64,000 nt of DNA, from positions 1 through 64,000 of the forward strand of contig CALJER010000016.1 of NCBI GenBank assembly GCA_938074535.1, read 5' to 3'. Shown one piece after another: positions 57,615-64,000 of this stretch. The stretch comes from an uncultured archaeon. GTDB lineage: Archaea; Hadarchaeota; Hadarchaeia; Hadarchaeales; WYZ-LMO6. Within the stretch, counting starts at the first letter, position 1. Every line of letters begins with the position of its first letter. The position numbers and the translations under genes were made by a program. The notes under the pieces were generated by a model, which worked only from the letters and a program-made list of their open reading frames with translations, searched no databases and had not been told where the DNA came from.

Positions 57615-58784
57615 ATGAAAGTCGTGCTGGGCTTCAGCGGCGGGCTCGACACGTGTGCTTGCCTGAAACTCCTTCAGGAGAAGTACGGCGCAGAGGTCAT
57701 CACCGTGATCGTGGACGTGGGCCAGAGACCTGAACTCTTCCGGGTGGCGGAGGAGAGGGCAAGGAAGCTGGGAGCGGCTAAGCATGTGTACGTCGATGCC
57801 AAAGAGGAGTTCGTGAGGGAATACGTGTTCAGGAGCGTGAAGGCCAACGGATGCTACGAGGGTTACCCCCTTTCCATTTCCCTGGCCCGATACCCAACCG
57901 CCAGCTGGCTGGCCAGAATAGCCCTGCGGGAAGGGGCGGAAGCGGTGGCCCACGGATGCACCGGGAAGGGCAACGATCAGTTCAGGTTTGACCTGACTCT
58001 TTCCGCCCAGGCGCCGGGGCTGCGCATCATCGCTCCCATCAGGGAGCTCAATCTTACGAGGGAGGCGGAGGTAGAATACCTGGGGAAGTGCGGTCTCCCC
58101 TTCCCCTCCACCCCCTACAGCGTGGACGAGAACCTCTGGGGCAGGTCCGTCGAGGGAAAAGAGCTGGAGGATCCCTCCCGACCCCCTCCCGAGGAGGCCT
58201 TCCAGCTCACCCGGAGCCCCGCCGAGGCCCCCAAGGAGCCCACCCTTGTGACGCTGGGTTTCGAGGGGGGGGTGCCGGTTTTCCTGAACGGGGAGCGCAC
58301 GGAGGGGGTAAGGCTGATAAGGGAGCTCAACCTGCTGGCAGGTGCCTATGGTGTGGGAAGGATAGACGTGATGGAGGACAGGATCCTGGGCCTGAAGGCT
58401 AGGGAAGTGTACGAGGCCCCGGCCGCCACGGTGATCCTGGAGGCCCACAGGGCCCTGGAGGCCCTGGTCCTCACCCGTGAGGAGCTGGCAGTCAAGGAGC
58501 GGATGGACCGCAAGTGGAGCGAGATGGTCTACGGGGGTAGATGGTTCGATCCCCTCCGGGAGGATTTGGAGGCCTTCATAGAGGCCACCCAGCGCAGGGT
58601 CACGGGCGAGGTGAAGGTGGAGCTCCTGCCGGGGAGGGCGCAGGTGGTGGGCAGATCCTCGCCCCACTCCCTCTACGACAGGGAGAGAGTGTCCTTCCAC
58701 CTGCAGGGTTTCGACCAGAGGATGTCGGCCTCCGTCACCAAGTTCCATGGCCTGGACGGAAGGATCCAGAGGATGAGGGGATGA
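57615..58784 (+). CDS. argG: Argininosuccinate synthase (copy 2, canonical motifs)
   Basis: FSGGLDT, AHGCTGKGNDQFRF, YSVDENLWGRSVEG, EDRILGLKAREVYEAP. Confidence 0.93.
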   Translation: MKVVLGFSGGLDTCACLKLLQEKYGAEVITVIVDVGQRPELFRVAEERARKLGAAKHVYVDAKEEFVREYVFRSVKANGCYEGYPLSISLARYPTASWLARIALREGAEAVAHGCTGKGNDQFRFDLTLSAQAPGLRIIAPIRELNLTREAEVEYLGKCGLPFPSTPYSVDENLWGRSVEGKELEDPSRPPPEEAFQLTRSPAEAPKEPTLVTLGFEGGVPVFLNGERTEGVRLIRELNLLAGAYGVGRIDVMEDRILGLKAREVYEAPAATVILEAHRALEALVLTREELAVKERMDRKWSEMVYGGRWFDPLREDLEAFIEATQRRVTGEVKVELLPGRAQVVGRSSPHSLYDRERVSFHLQGFDQRMSASVTKFHGLDGRIQRMRG

Positions 58785-59809
58785 TCCGCGTTTCCCTGGT
58801 GGGGGTGGCGGGATACACGGGAGGGGAGCTCCTCAGGCTCCTCCTGAGGCACCCTGAGGTGGAGGTGGTGGGAGTGTTCGGAGAGGAGCACGCGGGCGCG
58901 CGCCTCGCGGATGTGCACCCTCATCTCTCGGGCGTGGTGGGGGAGGGAAGGGTGATGAAACCGGATTACGACAGGCTGGGTTCCGAGTCGGACCTGGTCT
59001 TCATGGCCACTCCCAACGGCGTGGCGATGAAGGTAGTCCCCAGGATCCTGAAGGGGGGGGCCAAAGTGGTGGACCTCAGTGCCGACTACAGGTTCGAGGA
59101 CGTGGGGGTTTACGAGAAATACTACACCAAGCACGAGAGCCCCGGAGTGAAGGGGGTCTACGGTCTCCCGGAGCTCCACAAGCAGGAGATAAGAAAGGCC
59201 GACTTGATTGCCAACCCGGGGTGCTACCCCACCGCGGCCATCCTGGCCCTGGCTCCCCTGATAAAGGGGAGGCTGGTGGAGTTCGACCGGGTGGTGGTGG
59301 ATGCCATAAGCGGCACCTCCGGGGCCGGGAGGGGGCTGAGGGAGAACCTGCACCATCCCGTCTGCGGGGAGAACGTCAGCGCCTACTCAGCCACCAGCCA
59401 CCGCCACCTGCCCGAGATAAAGCAGGAGCTGGAGAGACTGGCGGGAGGAAGGGTGGATGTGTGCTTCACGCCTCACCTGGCTCCCGTGGTGAGGGGGATT
59501 CTCTGCACGTCCCACGTTTTCCTCAGGGAGAAGACCTCCAGAGGGGAACTGCTGAGGGTCTACAGGGAGTTTTACTCAGGTGAGCCCTTCGTGAGGGTGG
59601 TGGAGGGTCTTCCCGAGCTCAACTACGTGGTGGGCTCCAACTACTGCGACATAGGCCTGGAGGTTTCGGAGGAGGGGAGATGGGTGGTGGTGGTTTCCGC
59701 CATCGATAACCTCATGAAGGGGGGCTCCGGACAGGCCGTTCAGAACATGAACCTGAGGTTTGGGATGGAAGAGACGAAGGGACTGGAGGCCCTCCCCATG
59801 CGTCCGTGA
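58781..59809 (+). CDS. argC: N-acetyl-gamma-glutamyl-phosphate reductase
   Basis: G..GYTGGEL, DLSADYR, YGLPE, ANPGCYPT, SGTSGAG, DNLMKG. Confidence 0.95.
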   Translation: MIRVSLVGVAGYTGGELLRLLLRHPEVEVVGVFGEEHAGARLADVHPHLSGVVGEGRVMKPDYDRLGSESDLVFMATPNGVAMKVVPRILKGGAKVVDLSADYRFEDVGVYEKYYTKHESPGVKGVYGLPELHKQEIRKADLIANPGCYPTAAILALAPLIKGRLVEFDRVVVDAISGTSGAGRGLRENLHHPVCGENVSAYSATSHRHLPEIKQELERLAGGRVDVCFTPHLAPVVRGILCTSHVFLREKTSRGELLRVYREFYSGEPFVRVVEGLPELNYVVGSNYCDIGLEVSEEGRWVVVVSAIDNLMKGGSGQAVQNMNLRFGMEETKGLEALPMRP

Positions 59810-59813
59810 GAGG

Positions 59814-61040
59814 ATGGAACTGAAGAGGCTGAGGGGAGGGATCACGGAGCCGGAGGGCTTCTTGGCGGCGGGGGTGAGGGCGGGGGTGCGCTCCAAGGGT
59901 CTGGACCTCGCCCTCCTGAGCTGCGAGGAGGGTCCCGTCCCCTCCGCGGGTGCCTTCACCACCAACACCGTCAAGGCGGCCCCCGTCATCCTCACCATGA
60001 GGCACCTGCGCAGGGAGCGCAGGCTGGGGGCGGTCGTGGCGAACTCGGGTTGTGCCAATTCCTTCACGGGGGAGAGGGGTTTGAGGGATGCGGCCAGGAT
60101 GGCTGGGCTGACGGCGGAGCTTCTGGGCCTCAAAGCCCATCAGGTGGGCGTGGCCTCCACCGGGATGATAGGGACCTACCTCCCCATGGAGAAGGTGGAG
60201 GCGGGGATAAGGGAAGCCGTGGCCAGACTCTCCCCTTCCAGGGAGGCCTCCCGCTCGGCCGCGCGGGCCATCCTCACCACCGACCGCTCCCCCAAGGAGG
60301 TGGCCGTGCACGTGGAGACGGAGGATGGTGTCCCCGTCACCATAGCGGGGATGGCCAAAGGGGCGGGCATGATACGCCCCAGGCTGAGGACGGCCACCAT
60401 GCTGGTCTTTCTGACCACCGACGCCAGGGTGGACCCCCTCTTCCTCCGGTCCTCCCTCCAGGCCTCCGTGGACAGGAGCCTGAACATGATCACGGTGGAC
60501 AACGACACCAGCACCAACGACATGGTTCTGGTGATGGCCAGCGGAAGGGCGGGAAACGGGGAGCTGAGGGGCGACAGGAACTTCCAGCGCGGCCTGGACT
60601 TCGTCCTCACGGAACTGGCTAAGATGATCGTGAAGGGGGCCGAGGGGGCCACCAGGATGATGGAGGTGAGGGTGAAGGGCGCGAGGAGGGGGGAGGCCAG
60701 GAAAGCAGCCATGGCCGTGGCTGGCTCCAACCTGCTCAAGGCGGCGCTCTTCGGAGGAGATCCCAACTGGGGGAGGGTGGTGGCCGCGCTGGGGTACTCA
60801 GGAGCGCGCTTCAATCCAAGCAGGCTCACCCTGAAGGTGAAAAGCAGGAGGGGGGAGGCCACGCTGGTGGAAAGGGGCAAGCCCCTCGGCGGCCCAGAGC
60901 TTCCTGAGGCCGTGGAAGTGATGAAAGCCAGCGAGATCATTTTCGAGATAGACCTGGGGGAGGGGGAGGAGGAGGCCACGGCCTGGGGATGCGACCTGAG
61001 CCACGGCTACGTGAGGATCAACTCCCGGTACCGAACGTGA
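59814..61040 (+). CDS. argJ: Glutamate N-acetyltransferase / ornithine acetyltransferase
   Basis: FTTN.VKAAPV, NSGCAN, STG.IG, KGAGMI.P, DTSTND, DPNWGR, INS.YRT. Confidence 0.95.
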   Translation: MELKRLRGGITEPEGFLAAGVRAGVRSKGLDLALLSCEEGPVPSAGAFTTNTVKAAPVILTMRHLRRERRLGAVVANSGCANSFTGERGLRDAARMAGLTAELLGLKAHQVGVASTGMIGTYLPMEKVEAGIREAVARLSPSREASRSAARAILTTDRSPKEVAVHVETEDGVPVTIAGMAKGAGMIRPRLRTATMLVFLTTDARVDPLFLRSSLQASVDRSLNMITVDNDTSTNDMVLVMASGRAGNGELRGDRNFQRGLDFVLTELAKMIVKGAEGATRMMEVRVKGARRGEARKAAMAVAGSNLLKAALFGGDPNWGRVVAALGYSGARFNPSRLTLKVKSRRGEATLVERGKPLGGPELPEAVEVMKASEIIFEIDLGEGEEEATAWGCDLSHGYVRINSRYRT

Positions 61041-61090
61041 GGACCCACCTTTAAATAAAGGGGAGGAGTAGAAGAGGACCGGGTGATAGG

Positions 61091-61972
61091 CTGCAGGATC
61101 AGGCCAGCGTGCTGCTGGAGGCCCTGCCCTACATCAGGCGCTTTCACGGGCAGACGATGGTGATAAAGCTCGGGGGTGAGGTCATGGAGAAGAAAAAGAC
61201 CCTCGATTCCCTCCTCCAGGATGTGGTCCTCCTGCACTACGTGGGGATGAAGCCCGTGCTGGTGCACGGGGGAGGCCCGGAGATTACCAGGGAGATGAAG
61301 AAGGCGGGAAAGGAGCCGGAGTTCGTGGCGGGGCTGCGCGTGACCGACCGGGAGACCATAGAGATCCTGCACAAGTACCTGGTGGGGAAGCTCAACACGG
61401 AGATCGTGCTGGGGATAAACAAGCACGGGGGAAAGGCCGTGGGAATTTCCGGGATGGATGGGAAGATGATTCTGGCGAGAAAGATCAGGGAGGTGACCAC
61501 ACCCGACGGTGAGAAGGTGCAGGTGGATCTGGGGTTCGTGGGGGAGATAGAGAGGATAGACCCGCACATGGTGAACTTCCTGCTCTCCAACGGCTACATA
61601 CCCGTGCTCTCCCCCCTGGGAGTGGACGAGGAGGGGAGGAGCCTGAACCTCAACGCCGACACCGTGGCCGCTGAGCTGGCGGTGGTGATGGGCGCCAGGA
61701 AGCTCATCGTCCTCACCAACGTGAAGGGAATCCTCCGCGACCCCAAGGACGAGGGGAGCCTGATTTCCCAGCTCACGGTGGAGGAGTCAAAATCCCTTCT
61801 GGCTTCGGGGGTGGTTACGGGAGGTATGATCCCCAAGCTCAAGGCCTGCATCAGGGCGGTGGAAGGGGGGGTGGAGAGGGCCCACGTCCTGCAGGGGACG
61901 ATGCCCCATGCCCTGCTCCTCGAGCTCCTCACGGACAGGGGGGCGGGGACCATGATCGAGAAAGGGAAGTGA
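61091..61972 (+). CDS. argB: Acetylglutamate kinase; probable CTG start at 61091, first GTG at 61109
   Basis: EALPYI, KLGG, VHGGGPEI, GLRVTD, NLNAD, GGMIPK. Confidence 0.95.
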   Translation: MQDQASVLLEALPYIRRFHGQTMVIKLGGEVMEKKKTLDSLLQDVVLLHYVGMKPVLVHGGGPEITREMKKAGKEPEFVAGLRVTDRETIEILHKYLVGKLNTEIVLGINKHGGKAVGISGMDGKMILARKIREVTTPDGEKVQVDLGFVGEIERIDPHMVNFLLSNGYIPVLSPLGVDEEGRSLNLNADTVAAELAVVMGARKLIVLTNVKGILRDPKDEGSLISQLTVEESKSLLASGVVTGGMIPKLKACIRAVEGGVERAHVLQGTMPHALLLELLTDRGAGTMIEKGK

Positions 61973-63160
61973 ATGGAGGAGGTTTTCAGGCTGGACAGGG
62001 AGTACCTAGCCCAGACCTACAAGCGGTTGCCCGTGGCCTTCGTGAGGGGAAAGGGGATGTTCCTCTGGGACCTGAAGGGGAAGAGGTACCTTGACTTCGT
62101 GGCCGGGGTGGCCGTGAGCGTGCTCGGGCACGCCGACCCGGAGCTCTGCAGGGCCATCTCCCGGCAGGCGGGGAGACTCATCCACATGACCAACCTGGTG
62201 CACATCAGGGAGCAGGTGGAGCTGGGGAGGGAACTGGCGCGGATAGCCCCCGGGGAGGTGAGGAAGTTCTTCTTCTCCAACTCCGGGGCGGAGAGCGTGG
62301 AAACGGCCCTCAAGCTCTCGGTGAAGCACGCGCGGAGGAGGAAGATCCTGGTAGCGGAAAACTCCTTCCACGGCAGGACGCTGGGGGCCCTCTCCGCGAC
62401 CTGGAAGCCCTCTTACCGGGAGCCCTTCCGCTCCCTCCTCCTCCCCAACTTCCAGTTCATCCCCTTCAACGACCTTTCCTCGGCGGAGAAGGCCGTGGAC
62501 GGGGACACGGCGGCGGTGATGGTGGAGCCCATCCAGGGGGAGGGGGGCGTGAGGGTGGCTTCCCCCGAGTTCCTCAGGGGCCTTAGGGAACTGTGCGAGG
62601 AGAGGGGGGCCCTCCTCATTTTGGACGAGGTGCAGACGGGCGTGGGGAGGACGGGCAGGTGGTTCGCGTGCGAGCACTATGGGGTGGAGCCCGACGTGGT
62701 CACGCTGGCCAAGGGGCTGGCGGGAGGGGTTCCCATAGGGTGCACGGGCGCCCGCCCCGAGGTGATGGACAGCTTCCAGCCAGGCGACCACGGGGCCACC
62801 TTTGGAGGAAACCCCCTCGCCTGCACCGCTGCGCTAACGGTGATAAGGATCCTGAAGAGGAGAAAGCTGGTGAGGCGGGCGGAGAGGATGGGGGAGTACT
62901 TCATGAGGGGGCTGAAGGAGCTGGAGGAGGACCACCCCTGCGTGAGGGAGGTGAGGGGAAAGGGCCTCATGCTGGGGATGGAGCTGGACGGGGAGGAAAG
63001 GGCGGAGGAGGTGGTGAAGGAGGCCCTGAAGAGGGGTTTCCTGATCAACGCGACCGCGGGGAACGTCCTCAGGTTCCTACCTCCCCTGATCGTGGAGGAG
63101 CCCCACGTGGATGCCCTGATCTCCACCCTCGATGAGCTGCTGGGGAAGGTGGGAGGATGA
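61973..63160 (+). CDS. argD: Acetylornithine aminotransferase
   Basis: NSGAES, SFHGRT, EPIQGEGG, DEVQTG.GRTG, LAKGL, HGATFGGNP. Confidence 0.93.
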   Translation: MEEVFRLDREYLAQTYKRLPVAFVRGKGMFLWDLKGKRYLDFVAGVAVSVLGHADPELCRAISRQAGRLIHMTNLVHIREQVELGRELARIAPGEVRKFFFSNSGAESVETALKLSVKHARRRKILVAENSFHGRTLGALSATWKPSYREPFRSLLLPNFQFIPFNDLSSAEKAVDGDTAAVMVEPIQGEGGVRVASPEFLRGLRELCEERGALLILDEVQTGVGRTGRWFACEHYGVEPDVVTLAKGLAGGVPIGCTGARPEVMDSFQPGDHGATFGGNPLACTAALTVIRILKRRKLVRRAERMGEYFMRGLKELEEDHPCVREVRGKGLMLGMELDGEERAEEVVKEALKRGFLINATAGNVLRFLPPLIVEEPHVDALISTLDELLGKVGG

Positions 63161-64000
63161 AGAGGGATTTGCTGGGAATGGAGGACCTGAGCAGGAGGGA
63201 GGTGGAGGAGCTCCTGAGACTGGCCGGGAGATACAAGAAGGGGAGAAAGAAGGGGAGCTCTTCGGAGCTCAGGGGCAAGACCGTGGCCCTGATCTTCGAG
63301 AAGCCCTCCACCAGGACCAGGGTCTCCTTCGAGGTGGCCGTCCACGAGATGGGCGGCAAGCCCCTCTTCCTCAGCTCCCAGGAGCTGCAGCTCAGCAGGG
63401 GGGAGACGGTGGCGGACACCGCCAGGACCCTCAGCCGGTACGTGCACGGCATCGTGGCCAGGGTCTCCTCCCACGACAACCTGGTGGAGCTGGCCAGGTA
63501 CAGCACCATTCCCGTGATCAACGCCCTCAGTCCCCTCCAGCACCCCTGCCAGGCCCTCGCCGACCTGCTGACCATGCAGGAGCAGAAGGGGAAGCTGAAG
63601 GGCCTGAAGGTGGCCTGGGTGGGCGACGGAAACAACGTGTGCAACTCCCTGATGCTGGGGTGCGCCACTTTGGGCAGCCACTTCCGAGCCGCCGTTCCTC
63701 CGGGCTACGAGCCCCCCGCGGAGCTGGTGGAGCTGGCCAGGCGGAGGGCGGAGGAAAGCGGGGGAAGCGTGGAGATAGGGCATGATCCCAAGGAGGTGGT
63801 CTCCGGAGCGGAAGTGGTGTACACCGACGTCTTCGTTTCCATGGGGAAGGAAGAGGAGAGGGAGAGGAGGAAGAGGGACTTCCAGGGTTTCCAGGTGAAC
63901 TCACAGCTCCTGTCGCTGGCGAGCGAGGAGGTGATCTTCATGCACTGTTTGCCTGCCCACAGGGGGGAGGAAGTTACCGACGAGGTCATAGACGGCCCCC
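63157..64000 (+). CDS. argF: Ornithine carbamoyltransferase (3' end beyond the window)
   Basis: Manual translation from ATG 63157: FEKPSTRTRVSFE, HPCQ, GDGNNV, YTDVFVSMG, FMHCLPAHRG. Confidence 0.95.
   Translation, partial: MKRDLLGMEDLSRREVEELLRLAGRYKKGRKKGSSSELRGKTVALIFEKPSTRTRVSFEVAVHEMGGKPLFLSSQELQLSRGETVADTARTLSRYVHGIVARVSSHDNLVELARYSTIPVINALSPLQHPCQALADLLTMQEQKGKLKGLKVAWVGDGNNVCNSLMLGCATLGSHFRAAVPPGYEPPAELVELARRRAEESGGSVEIGHDPKEVVSGAEVVYTDVFVSMGKEEERERRKRDFQGFQVNSQLLSLASEEVIFMHCLPAHRGEEVTDEVIDGP

Noticed and set aside
476-63989. Many long antisense or alternative-frame ORFs in the track (e.g. 10790-12151, 37559-38905, 40291-41433, 57582-58748)
   Set aside because: They overlap well-supported genes and reflect stop-codon scarcity in GC-rich, codon-biased DNA
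1-64000. CRISPR arrays, transposases, integrases, defence systems
   Set aside because: No regularly spaced repeats or corresponding protein motifs were seen

Overview
GC-rich archaeal chromosome segment, mostly housekeeping. Gene content and codon style suggest a thermophile; a Hadarchaeia-like lineage is my inference only. It carries three tRNAs (Leu-TAA, Glu-CTC, Arg-TCT), a box C/D sRNA candidate, beta-oxidation enzymes, an iron-uptake unit (DtxR-FeoA, feoB, ferredoxin) with a palindromic operator, cooC/nikR, two GT4 glycosyltransferases, purN-purD, the exosome/proteasome superoperon, an ilv/leu/argH/argG cluster, prs-trm11-rnz and a second arginine operon (argG-C-J-B-D-F, cut by the window end). 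No transposase, integrase or CRISPR array was seen. Most notable: (1) an unassigned nested-helix RNA of about 320-450 nt at 25.8-26.3 kb, alongside signs of RNase P protein reduction; (2) a four-gene DUF6114/DUF6230-like membrane and secreted module at 8.3-10.7 kb; (3) a tRNA-Glu whose 28-nt intron splits the anticodon (34/35); (4) four genes that appear to start at CTG exactly 4 nt after a strong Shine-Dalgarno; (5) two argG paralogues, one with an altered substrate-binding motif. All family assignments come from motif recognition by eye; no searches were run.
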